A stretch of DNA of 49,648 nucleotides, filler included, from Sphacelaria rigidula (GCA_964200075.2; 3 parts of 3 records of this genome joined end to end with filler, not necessarily neighbours in it), one strand, 5' to 3'; shown: positions 35,646-49,081, counted from the first letter of the whole stretch. The notes: generated by a model from the letters alone, not told the origin. Numbers and translations: made by a program.

Positions 35646-38458
35646 TCAGGGGAAAAACATTCGGCTTGGGGGCTGATTGCACCCGTACCGTTCTGATGAC
35701 AGCAGCCGCGACAGGGAATCCTTGGGGAACTCGCAGTCCTCAACGCACGAAAACGGATTTGCACCACTGTGCGAGCATTTCAAGATACCATTTTCTTCTA
35801 CGATCTCATGGTTGTTTCCAGATAACCGTTTCGTTTCAGATAACCTTTCATCCACTCGTCTGTTCAACCCCATCAGGATCTCTTGTGGCAATGATTTTGC
35901 ACCACAAAACGGTGCACCGCGAGGAAACTTGCCACGGCCACTCACGACCTCGTCACAAGTGCGCGAGTACCACGGCTTGTTTTCATATTCCCTTCCGGAG
36001 GGAGAATCAACCCCTTTCCACCTTCTATGGGTAATGATATTCCCGGGTTATGAAACAGTACTGAATGGTCATTGTCGTTCACGACCCTGATAGAGAAGAG
36101 GTAGTGGTCCAGCATGGGCGCGTGTGCTACTTTTTTTAGCCAAAGTCTGAGCTCACATCCCTCGCTCTGGAGGATAAGGTAATATTTTTTTATTCCTAAA
36201 TGGGAAGTATTGGACCACTTTCACTGTAGTCAATACGACTCTGGTCTTTACTTATTTGCGCATAGCCTCCTTGGTAGGGGTAGCCAAACACGATGAACCA
36301 CTAACCACTATCAGCTATCCGTACCTTCCCCTCCTCACGCCTTGCTTGCGCCAACGTAGCTATATCTTCTACCCCGATCAACGACAATGCTACCTTCCCT
36401 GTTGCCATCCTCGACACGAAGGCCCTGTTGAAAGTCTAGGCTCGTGTGGCGCTGTCTCACTAGACAGAGTTTCAGAGGTTGTACAGTGGCTGTTGAGCTC
36501 ACTTGCGACGTGCAGCGAAAAAGGAGACAAATCGGATGTTGTTCGGTGGCGCTTTTCGGCCAAAACAGAATCAAGCACAGTCTCTTTTTCAAGCAGAGAG
36601 CTGGAGGAAAGCTGGGTATGCTGGAAGAGTGAGAGCGGTGACGATCGAAATCTCATCAAAGCGCTATCACTTCCTGGACCAAAATCAATCCTTCACAAGT
36701 ACGTCCAACCAAACCGTATTACCCGGTTCAACTGCTGCTGCTGACGCGGTAGTCTTGCCAGCTTCCATCTTAGATCCACTGCAATATTTGACATTAGATC
36801 TTTTTTTCAGCTTACATGGCCTATTTACTCTGCTAAAGTACCTTACTGCGACAAACCATGGCAATATGTCCACTCCAGCAGTGTCCTGCTTGATGCGTCA
36901 CTCAGACAAGCGAACTATAAACTTCCAGAATAGAGGTACTCAGTCCGTGTCTCATCAATGTTTTTTCGACTGGAAAACATGCCGTCGAATCGAATTGGTC
37001 GCTACGAGGCCGTATCAGATACGTCCACATCATTTATGTTCTCAGATGGCTTCAAGTCCATTTTATAATTAGTTGCGCGCGACGGGCAGGGTCGAAAACC
37101 GAAGAGCTTCGCTTTTTCGAGCGAAACGAGCGGCGAAATGAACGAAGGGGCACGTGGCTCGTGGCACGCGGGAGTGCTGGCGGTTGTCGTCCGTAGAGCC
37201 GTGTGTGGATCCGAAAGCGTGGAGATCGTCTCTCAGGCACTGCAGCCAGTTTTGTTCCGGGTACCCTGGTCCTGGATCCTCCCCCCCGACTAGTGTTCCG
37301 AATGCTGTTCGCTGCGGTTGTCGTCCGTCCGGTTGCCTAGCCAGGGCTCCTGCGAAAAGCAGTCGTCGTTGCCGGACGATGGCTTCAGCACTTTGGCATC
37401 CGGTCTTCTTGAGGGCCTGTGCATACGAAAGCTGTCGGTATTTGCCGCGCACTCGGCGGTGCCCGATGACTCGCAAGAGGAGCCGGTAGTGTACCTTTCT
37501 CAGCAAGTCGTAGTGTTCGCGGCGCGGGGCCCACGTCATGCATCCGTATAGCAGGGCCTCCACCGCCTCCGCTTTCAGCAGTCGGACCTTGAGTATCCAC
37601 GGTGCTTTCGGTCGGTCAAAGAGCTCCCGGGAGAACTTCCTGATGCACGCCCACGCTGCTCTGCTCCGATTGTTGATATACCATCTTCGCCGCTGCAACA
37701 TCTCTTTGTGAAATTCCAAGCTCCGCTTGCTTTCCTTGCAGCAGACATCATGGGATAGACTTGCGGGTGTACATCTCATGCCAACACCACGTCCAGTACA
37801 TTAGAAAGAAATAAAAGCTAGCGTGGTCTTTCGCCACATAGCTCAATCACTCAGGTTCTTCAAAACATGCATCAGCTTGACATCAATATTCCCAAAGATG
37901 AAAAGGCAACGTCGGATAAATCGTTCGTCTCAACAGCGTCAGACCCATGTGATTATGCATCATTCCCAGCATCAAGTCCATCAACCGAAGCACCGCCCAA
38001 ACCAGAATCAAAATCCAAACAAGACCACAGACACCAAACACTGTCTGTCTTTCACCCCGCCTTTCGGTCGAACTTTGCGAAGCTGTGATCGACCGCCGAT
38101 TCCGAAAGCATTTCCTCTGTAACTCGCATACCACGCTGATCTCCGAACGGTTATACACAAAGGGGCTGTCGCAGGGTCGATGCCGCTCCACCTTCTCGCT
38201 TCTCTCGCCACATCACCGCCAGCACCACTTGCCTCCTCAACCCGAGCTTCTCCCGCGGTGTCACGGTGCTCTAGCTCCTTTTGGGCTTCTTGCTTCTTTC
38301 CCCTCTGCCTATTGTCTTCACAAGGACGCGAGGCCAACCTGTCATTTTTCGACAAGTTTAGCTACACGAATACTGCCTTCATTTTGTTTGCCGACCTGCT
38401 GTCGCAGAGTATCCAGCTCTCGCCCCTCTTCAGCGCTTGCCCTTGGCACCAGGTCCAT
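35646..38458 (-). CDS. Hypothetical spliced protein with a charged, coiled-coil-like N-terminus
   Basis: Candidate exons 38458-38396 (MDLVPRASAEEGRELDTLRQQ), 38304-38233 (needs a GC donor, GAG|GCAAGT), 37734-37682, 36690-36394, 36024-35689 (or reading through to the stop at 35646). Phases chain without stops. No recognisable domain. Confidence 0.42.
37130..37677 (-). mobile_element. RTE-clade LINE fragment (region C-terminal to the reverse transcriptase)
   Basis: Translation INNRSRAAWAC...LKVRLLKAEAVEALLYGCMTW...LRKVHYRLLLRVIG...RQRRLLFAGALARQPDGRQP...WLQCLRDDL matches the known RTE C-terminal pattern (LLYGCxTW, RRLxxAGHxxR, W..DL). Confidence 0.85.
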
Positions 38459-39793
38459 TGATTGGACGCTAGCATGATCAAATATCACCGATACCGTATG
38501 TCGCACGACTGCCGCGCAGCAGTATACAGATGGGACAAAAAGGTTCAAGACACAATTTGTATTGTCAACCGTTAGATGGCTAGAATAGGTAATCTGTTGA
38601 ACCGGCATCAAATTAACTTGAAAAAAGAATGCATGATCTAGATCAACTACCCTCGCGGTGTAAGGGTTAACTGCGCACTCAGATCAGAACACGGCATCAT
38701 CATATGGGAGAAACCGGAAGAACCGGGGGAGTTTACCACGCAAAAGTGGACACAACCCACAAACCATTAGAGATATTCACCTATGAGTAGATGCTGGCGC
38801 CTGCAGAGTTAGGTAGCTCCCCCGAATCAAACACCTCGTCGGATAGCCCTATATACAGCAGAAAATGCTCGTCAAGATGGGCTAAAGCAGGTCACTCTAT
38901 CACGAATAATCTATCTCTTCCCTTTGCTCCGTTTGATGAGTATCATGGATGTCTCACCCCATGGTGGTTCAGCCATACTGAAGTCAAGTGTTCCAAGCAG
39001 GCCGTCTGGATGGCATGAAATGCGTAGACCTTCGTCTCATTTGATGCCGTTGGCTCGATACGGAGTCCTGGCTAAAGCAACAAAAGCACACTTGCCGTTG
39101 TGCTCGCCCCCCCGCATGAACGCTTCAGTCGGCAGGGCGGCCTAAGCCACACGAAGCAGCCCCCTGGGCGAAGGCGGCGTGCTTCAAGCGGTGTAACTGC
39201 GACCATGGGGTCCCGTCTGACAGCACTGCATTTGTACCGCTTGAGGTAACACTCACGTTACACCGTTATTGCAAAGTCTGGACGTATTTTCACGCCAAAT
39301 CACGTTCGCTAGACCGTGAGAAATAAGTACCACCTTACCTGTTATGGGCGCGTCGCGCAACGGTCGAAAGTGGGAAGTACTTTCATGAGTATCTAGTCAG
39401 GTACAGGGTAGGATTGAAGCCACAAATTGTTTGCACCTATCCCTTCTCCTATACCGTGCTTCTGATTTTCGGGGGCTGATTGTTTGCATTTTCGAGATGC
39501 TCGCATCATACGGATGAAAACGAACCAGACTAAGTTGCATGCTGCTATGCAAACCTAAGTTGACTGAGCGAGCTCGACCGCGGCGATCATCTAAGCGCAG
39601 AATGCGTGTCACTACGTCGGTTGTTCCGATCAATAAGCCCTAGCCCTACGTTGAAAGAACAAAGAAGTCGCGCAGATGCGAGGTTCCAGTCGAGATCCTG
39701 CACATTTCGGAAGGCACGATAGTCACCCCTTCCACCAGTAGTAGTACCCACGCAATGTGTGCACCTTTTACCCCACGTACGACGCCGATATAG

Positions 39794-42700
39794 GAAGGGA
39801 GAACTGTTGCGCACGAGATGGTGGGATCGGTGAAACTCCGAACCGTTGCTCCAACGGGGGAAGAACTTGCGTTCGAGAATCGCACCCCAGCTGCACTTAT
39901 TCCACCGTCTGACGGTAGGAAGACCCACACGATGGTCGCAGGGTTGCGATTATAGGGTTCTGATGCCCACACAGTAGGCCATTCGTCACATCATCATTGC
40001 CCTGAGTTGTGCCTAATTCAATAGTCGTGTGAGTTCTATGGCGTGGCTTTCTGTACCAAGTAAAACCGTTTTATACCCCCTCGTGTAGGCGTGCTGCATT
40101 GCGTGATGGCTGCGTGGGGTAGAAGATACATCAGCGACATGCCTCTTGCACAACGCTACTACATAGTTGTTGGAATGAGAGGGTATTGCATTCCCATCAC
40201 CCTCCCTCTCATGACGCACGAATAAATGCGTGTGGATCGCGATGAACTGCCTTAGATGCCCTCCGGATTTTCCTGGAGTACATGGATGCCAGAACAATTG
40301 CCCGGTGCGCTCACGCTTCGATTGCTTGGTGAGAGTCTTTCTAAATCCCGATGAGACTATTGCACAAAGGGGTTGGCCTCGGGAGGCATCATATGAGCAT
40401 GCGAGGACTAAACGACGTACTGTAGTGTGTCAGAAGAGGGCAGTCAACTCACCATTTTGATGTTAGCTGAAACACAAAGAAGATTGCCGTGTCCTGCGAC
40501 AAATGGTTTGTACCTGACTTCGCGTGATTGCTGCTTTTCAATACGAGAAACAATGGCAACCCCTGACGTGTAATGCATGAATTACTGTACTACGCAGTAG
40601 TGATTCGGGTTACACCACGAGCAGGCGATATGCCTTGACTTGTTTAGCGATGAGCTCACGCGTGCTGTTTGTGTTCCCCGAATACATTCAAATGATATGG
40701 AGAACGACGCGAATTATGCTGCGATATGACACATGTTTCGTCTATTCCTGGGACTATACAAGGCATGAAGAATGCTATCGGGGTGACGATGAAGGACGAC
40801 CACTGCATCCTGCCTACCTCGGGATACATTTGATGGAGCGCGAGTCTGACGTGGAGGCCTTCGAGGATAAGGTGGTTTCCCTCATCATAGGCCCACATGA
40901 CCTTCGCAGTACGTCAGCCAATATCCAGATATTATATAAAGGCAGGGTCTGTCAAGGGTACTGTCACATAAAATGCGAAGATCTACGGTTTACGAAACAC
41001 ACCTTGATCGGCAATGCTCCTTTTTCGTGGATATTCTACGGATTCCATTGACGCAGAGGCGGGAAACGTTCCGCCGTCCTTGCGACGAGCCGTCGATTAC
41101 TGTGCGGTTTTGAGGACAACTCTGATGAAACTGCTTCAGGTAACACAAGATCATCGTTGTTGACGCTGTTCAACAACCCAGAGGTATTACCAGCTAGCCG
41201 GCTGTTTTTCCTCCCTTCAACGAGAGCAATCCCACGTACCGTCTGGTGGTATCTCACACGTTGCATCACGGCCATGTAGTAATGACCGTAAGAAGAAGGG
41301 GCGTACGGCATAGCGCTTGTTTAGTACTCGACACGCGCGCATTCACCGGCAACATTGTGTCTGTCTCTCCGCATGTGCTGAATTTTCGGTCGGCCTGCAC
41401 GGCGCACGGGCCTGTCTCGGAACTGTGTACACTACAGGTAGATGCTCTATTCTTTCACCAGCCGCCGTTTTACAGCACTGGGCAGCTTTTCGCCTCCGGT
41501 CAAAGATCCGTAAGGGTATGGAGGCGCGTGGAAACAACGGTGAGGAAATTATGGTGCATTTTGTGCCTTAACGGTGAGACGCAATCTTGTTAAAGTATGA
41601 AACGTTATCGGTAAATAAGGGCGATTGTGGATGTATTCAATAGGATGAACCCTCTACAAAACAGCGGCATTAAAATCATGAATGCGATTCAATATGGGAT
41701 ATATTATCGACCGGAGAGGACACCTTCCACAGGAGCCTGTAAACTGTGAGTACAAACGACATTTTCGATGGTCACATCATTACCATTACACAGACCCGCC
41801 TGCCACGAATTCCCCAGGCTGTGTGCTCGATTATATCCCTGATTACCCCAGCGGTAAACAGTATAACCAATGTTGGGAGACCTAATACAACGTCAGCATA
41901 GTGCTGCACCATCTAGCGGTACAAACACCATTCCCAGCACACGTGATGTTCACGTTGGAGCCAAGCACATCCATACAAGGGAAGCGCAATGACCGAGAAC
42001 ATGCTTGGCTTTTTTCAACGTGGCGGTAATGGCGAATTACTGACAAGACCTGGAGACACAGGGGCCACATCTATAGTACAGCCGATTCCATGCCCGGCAT
42101 CAAGCTGTACACGCATGGCGAATGATTTTGCAAATAGGGGCCGGCCCAACAAGTTTTACCAGCAGGAAGTCCGTGTAACCTCGCGGTTCCATAGTCTACC
42201 ATGGGGCGATCACTTCGTGCTCGCATCAACACCTGCACCGAACGGAATGCAATGGCCACAAGTAGTATATTTCACGGTAACACCCTCATTACGTGAGCAA
42301 GCCTCGAAATGTGTCGTGCAACATGGCAGCAGCGGTCAGTTTGATCCTCATTGTGGAAACATCGATCCCACGTGTATTCGTCCTGATTGCACTTCTGGAA
42401 CGAAGCAGAACGAGGAAGAAGATGACACTGCGGGGACCTCATCTCAAGGTATGCATGACACACGCCTCCTGACGAAGGTACCAACATGGTGATAAAAATG
42501 GCGGTTCGATATACACAGGCCTCATCGAATCTCCCGACACACACTGCCTGTTGAAGTCAACGTTGCTGTTTTGTTTCGTTTGGAAATTGGCAGTAGCGTG
42601 ATTGGTACGGGGTTGGCATGTTGATGAAATCATGTGAACAGGCGCCAGATACCCCTTTACATAATTTGATTCTTGATTGATTTTCGCACTTCAACTGACC

Positions 42701-45700
42701 CTCCAGGAGTCATGATCCAGCCGAGGTCATTCTCCACAAGATAGATGTACCCGAGACAAAACAAAAATGAAATACTCGCTGAAGATAAAAGGATAAACAG
42801 AAAAGGTAGAGCAGCACAGCACAGTATATTAAGAGGTAAAAGAAGAAAGGAAAAAAAGAGAAAACAAAACAATAGAAAATAAGAGAAATGACAAGATGTA
42901 GATGACCAGATTGAAAATCTTCGTGCGAGGGACGCCTGCAACAAACTTGACGCCACATACTGCTACATGTGGTTGGAACTTTCAGACACAGAGGCTGTTA
43001 AGAGTGATTGGAGCGAAGAGAAATCTGCGATCGCAGGAGCCAAAACTTCCATTTCATGGGACATGGCTGGGGTTGCCATAAGAGACACAGCCCCCTTCAC
43101 CACAATCCGCCCCGTAAATAACAGGTGAGCTACGGATGGGCACATGATACATATAGTACACACCCATCCACGTCATCACAGCACGAGTCATTCATCATAC
43201 AGACGAAATAAAAACACAAACACCAGGTGACCTGGAGCTATTCTCTACGGGGTTGCATTGGGATTCCGACCCACCCGCAAAAGTGTACAATTGTTTGAAA
43301 ATCTCTTACTGTGTAGCTATACTTGAAATATTCCGGGTAATCTGGCCGAAAGAATATGCAACGATCGATTTTCCGCGCCTAAGCGTTCGCCTTCTTCTGT
43401 GATATAATGTACGAAGAGGTCAAAAACATTTTTTTCTATGTGTAATAGTCATCTTTCCCTTCTGCCAATTAATTGTACGCTGGGAGTCAGAGACAGTAAT
43501 CTAGAGAAATGTAACGTCGATCCAGCCAACCTGAGACAGACTGCCCTTGATTTCACGGGCGGCCCGTAATGGGGAGCTTAGATTATCGTGTATTATTCCA
43601 TAGGGGTGGATATGAAGGTCCATTCAATAATGGATGTGGGTGTCCATAATTCCTCATGCATATCCATGGTGGATTATCTTAACTGTAGCCTTAACTTCAA
43701 CCGAACCCGCCATCCCCACCCCCATGGATAATCACGCCCATTTTGCGTGTCCATATCCATGATGGATATCCATTGTGGCGGGTATCATATCCATGGTGGG
43801 TATTCATGTCAACTAGGGGCACCCGTGATGGATATCCTTCAACGTGATGGATTTTTCGCCTTAATGCAGGTATAATCTTGCGTTATCATGCAAGCTCAAT
43901 GTGGGCTACAGATATTTTCGCCATCTGGGGCGCCCATGTGGGATGTGACATCCACTGAAGATATGAATACCCACCTGGGATATCCATCTAGGATTTGAGG
44001 CCGATCTATCCAGGACATTCATCTCCGGGGTATAGATATCAACCTGGAATATTCGTGTGGGATACGGGTGGCCACCTGGGATGTTCATCTGGGGTGTCGA
44101 TCCGGGAAATCCCAGGATTTAGTTGGGACACCCACCTGAGGTATCCATCTAGAATATATACATACAGATATATATATATATATATATGTATATGGTGTTC
44201 ACTTAGGCTATGAACCTCGATCTGAGACGTCAGACCCATTTGAGATGTCCAGTTGGGACGGGGCATTCACACGCCCAGACGCTTTCGAAGTGTCGCCAAC
44301 TGGTTCTGGATACAAGCTCCCGCTAAACGCTCAGCCGACTCCCGAACGGCATCCGTATGATATTCGTGGATTTGCGGTCATACATCACTTAGGATGCACC
44401 CGTAGAGAGCCCCGCAGTGTGTGCTTACAAAGCACGTGTCCAGGCTAGTGCACTTTTGGAGCGCAGCAAAGTGCACGCTGGTAGAGGATCATCTGCGCCA
44501 GCCTACGCGGATGTGCGTAGTGAAAGGTATACTATAGTAGTCAAATTTCAAACGATTGTTTTTCAATTCAAAGCGGTTTTTCAGGGTTTTCGGTTACCAC
44601 GACTCATCACGGTTTCTGTTTGATATCGATTTTTGCGAATCGAGTGACATAAGTATCCGACACGAGTTTGGAGGGAAAAAAACTCCTCTGTGACCAACTT
44701 CGAACGAGATACGGGCTCACCGGTTTTGGGGGGGTCAAACGAGTGTGTGGCCCCCGGTTCTTTCGATATTTTCGCGGGACCGAACCGATTCGAATCGTTA
44801 TAACGAACACTTATATTCACTCAGTTTTTCTCTTATTTCGATGTTCATTGCGCTACAGCCCAAAAGCCGTGTTTTTCGGCCACATGCGGCAAAAACACCC
44901 CCTGGATGAACGGGATTTTACTCTGTATTGTTTCCAAAACACAAAATTAGGAAATTTGTCCGGAGCGTGACCTGCGTCACGCTCCAACCCCTAACAACTT
45001 TCAAACTCTCGAGTGAAGGTGATAAATCGTCTATGATAAACTATTGAGTGGGTGAATACTATATTCTCCGTATTTTGAGTCTGGCCACTGTAGTCAGACA
45101 TGCATCTTAATTAGCGCGCGCTGATCGAATGTCTTGCTGTGAAACAGAGCTGAATACCCTACATTGGCATTCCAGACAGATGCGAGGCTCCACATGGATG
45201 TATCGAACTGGGGCGACATCCCAAACGTATATCCCAGACGGATATATGAATCGATTGATTGAATCATTGAAAGATTGATTGTCGTACTTCAATTGATCAC
45301 CCAGGAGTCATGATCCAGCCGTGGTCATTATTCACATGATAGACGTACCCTTGATTGATATTGAGAAATATAATCGACATGGGATATATTTGTATACATA
45401 CATCTCAGGAAATGAAAAATGGAGCTTTTGCGATGATGCAAGTCAGTGGACTTAACCCAGGTCGATGAACCCAAACTACCTCCAAGTACCGACGTCGGAA
45501 CACATACTCCGTCTTGGATTGTCGTGCAAGTTCTAGCTGGGTAATGAATATCCATCTGGGACATCCATCTATATCATTTGCATCTCGTATACCATATGTA
45601 TCTTAGATATCCATCTTAGATACGATGAAATTCATCTGGGAGTTTCGTCGCATCATAGAGGTCCATCTTGGATATCCGTTCGGGATATGTACTAAGGATA

Positions 45701-48700
45701 CTTGTTTGGGATGTCCACGTCTACGTGCGATATTCATCTGGGTTCTCACATACATCTATCTCGGATATCCATCAGGGATATCAGATTAACGTAGGAATTC
45801 CATCGGGCAGATGTATTTTCTTAGGCCCATTTCGAGTCATGCCACGGAAGGGGTTGCACATTTGGGCTTAAATCGTTCTCATTTTGAGGCTCCTACACGT
45901 AGGAGGTACCGAAAATAGAGGCCAGGAAATTCTCGTTCCAAAATCCGTTCGGAACCTTCCCTGACTCATTGGAGTGCTCATCGTAGCGTGTCGTCGTATT
46001 TTGCATGTAGTCTTTTTTTGGATGAGATAAAAGGTTACTACAACTTCAACCCTCAGAAATATTTTGCGTACCCCTACCGTGGCATTACTCTTTTGGGATA
46101 TTCTGCCTCGGGCCCATTTCCAGCACCCATTTTTGCAAGGATCGGAGGAATCATCGCTATTTCGAATGACCAAATCTACGTTTTCTCAGGCCTGGTTGCT
46201 CGAAAAACAAAAGGTCGACCGCGTGTCAAGAACCTCTCCACGTAACGTTCGTGCTATATTACGTGCCTGGGGCACGCGTACCGGGGGTGCAAAAAAGCTG
46301 AAAACAAGACCCAAGGGTACGAATCAATTGCACAAAAATCAAGGAACTTGCAGACCGATCATTATTATATATTCGACTCTTGCATTATTGTGTGCGAATT
46401 ACATGTTCGTCCAACTGACGATCTGATCAATTTGCACCGAACAGCAGAACATCCTCGCAAGCATGCGCAGGCACGTCCAAAGTGCAAGCATTTTGGGTTC
46501 TGCATGCGATATTGAGACGGCAAGGAGCTCCATGCACGACTTAATTGAAAGCTACTACCACGACCGTAGCCGGTGCAGTGTACGGACTGATCTTGTCCTC
46601 TGTCTACCTATATATACGTTCTCCTAATTTGCAGCGTACAGTAGTTTACACCCTGTCACACAAGAGGGGTGCAAATTAGAGCCTCGGCAAGGTCTCGATT
46701 TTTACTGATTCGCCTTTACAACTAGTTTGCCTTACTTCCACCCAAACAGTAGCTTCTAGGACTGATCTAGGGGTTGGAGGTCAGGATTAGGGAGAGAGAG
46801 CACTAGGTTATAATCAGTGTCCCAGGTGGACATGCATATGACATGGGATTTTGTAACTTGAGGATGGATTTTGTTCTGGGCATGGACCTTAAGAACCTTC
46901 ATGAGCATCGGAATATTCTCGAAAAAGTGCAAATGCACTATCCAGTCATGACGTATGGCCTCGCTCATCTTAGAAAAAGGACCATCCGCAATTTGTGAAA
47001 CCCCGTGCTAACAGGGGATTCTGACAAAAAAGAACAGTTTTTTGTATGAGAATGAACGGAGATCGAAGCTGTACGGAATGAACATGGGATTTTACAAATC
47101 GTGGATGGATCATTTTGACGATGAGCGGGACCACACATGACGGCCGGAAAGTGCATCTGCATTTTTATTTCCAAAACATTTCGATGCTTACGGGATTTCA
47201 AAGGTTCATCTTGAAAAAAGATCCGCCTTCAATTTGTAATATCCCGTGTTGTATCCCAGGTGGGGCTCCACATGAAATATTTAAGGCTCAGGCAGGCATC
47301 CCAAGTGGACATCTCAGGTGGGTATCCCAGATGGACCTCCCAGGTGGGCATCCCAGATGGTCACAACATGGAGATGGATTTAACATCCCAGATATATCTT
47401 ACATGAATATTCATACCGGGCATATATATATATATATATATATGTATACGTGTGTATCCCCCGAAGCCGTGTGGTATAGGCCGGCCACTTCTCTTCTTTT
47501 TATTCATTTATCATATTTTTTTGTCTCAGTCTACTCGTTGTTCTGTTCTACCTCTTCTGCTTCTTCTCCTTCCTTCAGCGAACGTTTCAGTTTTTTTCTG
47601 TCTCGCGTACGTCTATCTTGTGGAGAATGACCACGGGCTGGATCACGACTCCTGGGGGGTCAGTTAAACTGCGTCAATCGATCAATCAATCGATCAATGA
47701 ATTGATCAATCAATGAACATGTATGTATATCCTAGATGGGCATCCCAAATGAACGTAACAATTTTTCCCAGATGCAAGTTGCGAAACGATGTGGGATTCT
47801 TCATCACCGCAGCTATAACTTTTTGTATATGCGCAAGAAAAGAGGAAATCCACATGTGATATGGAATGCCGGGTTGCAAGCCTGTGTACTCACGCGGGAT
47901 GTTGGTACCCTCCATCCCTCCTCTGAGGAAGGCTCGCGTATTTACCGGGTTTTCGGAACGCAAATTCTTTCGATAGTAGAATGATGCCGTTTGCTTCTGT
48001 GCTTGGTTCGATTCCTCTCTTGCCTCTGCCCTGCAGCATTATTTGCTGCTCGTCTAACGGCTCTATTCGGGAATGGTCGCTGGCTCACGAAGTCAAAAAC
48101 GTCCGCTTTCTGGCGCAAATGTGGGAGCACAATGGCTACATTACGGACGTGGTAAGCCGAAAACAGCAGGCTTCATTGTGCTACCTGTAGGCTGGGAGAT
48201 ATTACACGTATGCAATCAATCCTATGATCAGGGGTGGGCGGCGATTCAAGCCGTTTCTTGCGCGGAGGAGCTACTCTGAAGCGTCGCTGCTAGCAGCAGG
48301 TTTGATATATACATCTTCTTATTCTAACACAAGACAAGCGTTCACTCTGGTGGGCTAATTTTCCCCTTATCCACGATGGCTGTATGAGGTCGTGTGGCAC
48401 ACTCCTGAACCCTCTATTTTGTGCGATCACCCCTCCCCGCGCGTGCGCCCTCCCGTCGTTGAATCATCCGTGTATGGAATGAATTCGAGCATCTTGTGCA
48501 CAACGGCCGATTTCAACGTTCTGCCTACATCGAAAAATGTGTCATTCCCCACACAAACCATTGCTGCAATCATAATTCTCCGACGTTTTGGGTGTACACA
48601 ACCGATCCCAACTCAGTGAAGTCCCCAAGTGCGAAAATGGTGCTCGTGTTGATTCGTTAGCCCTTTCATGCACTTAGCGGTCAAAGCTCAAGTGCTGCCG

Positions 48701-49081
48701 AAGAGGACTTTGAGGTGTCCAATTTTTCTCTAGTAGCGTTCATTTCACAGCACGTTAGAGAAATCTCACGACTATCGTGAATGACTTTCTGCAGTAGGCT
48801 GTGCAGACATGGTCATGCCGGACCTCAGAAGGTTGTTCAGACCTGAGGTCATAAATGCGGCTTTTAGAGCGCGTACGATTGATGTGGCCGTTTTTCTAAA
48901 TGGGCGGCGGGTTGCGGTTTATTCCGAAGAATTCGGCTCCACGATTTCTCGTTACTACAGTGCTTCCGATATTTGCACCTTACAGGTATTCTCGACTCCA
49001 TCTGTGGGCTTTTGTAAGCCCCACCGAGCGCCCGCCCACTGCTGCTACATGTACTCCGTTTCCGACGATAGATACCTGAAG
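39794..49081 (+). CDS. F-box / WD40-repeat protein; spliced, 5' start uncertain, 3' end runs off the window
   Basis: Phase-consistent exons 39794-39914, 40256-40328, 40763-40908, 41057-41139, 41438-41539, 42409-42448, 42986-43124, 48037-48151, 48986-49081. Product has an F-box-like segment IPPSDDALRIFLEYMDARTIARCAHASIAW and WD40-like segments LFASGQRSVRVW, CCSSNGSIREW and EHNGYITDV|VFS...YSVSDDRYLK. Confidence 0.72.
42660..42960 (-). mobile_element. (TCAA)n-tailed retroposon 3' end
   Basis: ttgattcttgattgatt...caactgaccctccaggagtcatgatccagccgaggtcattctccacaagatagatgtaccc plus an A-rich body. Confidence 0.62.
43905..45250. mobile_element. Foldback-like element 1, arms built from ~13-bp CCATCTGGGATAT subrepeats
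   Basis: Forward subrepeats at 43905-44260; reverse-orientation subrepeats (atcccagacggatat) at ~45160-45250. Confidence 0.45.
45245..45430 (-). mobile_element. (TCAA)n-tailed retroposon 3' end
   Basis: gattgattgaatcattgaaagattgattgtc...ccaggagtcatgatccagccgtggtcattattcacatgatagacgtaccc. Confidence 0.62.
45545..47750. mobile_element. Foldback-like element 2, arms built from ~13-bp CCATCTGGGATAT subrepeats
   Basis: Forward subrepeats at 45545-45815; reverse subrepeats (gtatcccagatggacctcccaggtgggcatcccagatgg) at 47250-47420 and 47725-47750, interrupted by a retroposon. Confidence 0.5.
47470..47715 (+). mobile_element. (TCAA)n-tailed retroposon 3' end
   Basis: T-rich body then gtacgtctatcttgtggagaatgaccacgggctggatcacgactcctggggggtcagttaaa...tcaatcgatcaatcaatc. 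Confidence 0.62.

Noticed and set aside
35291..37050. Degenerate hAT transposase
   Set aside because: Only vague motif similarity; a phase-consistent spliced host-gene model explains the region better.
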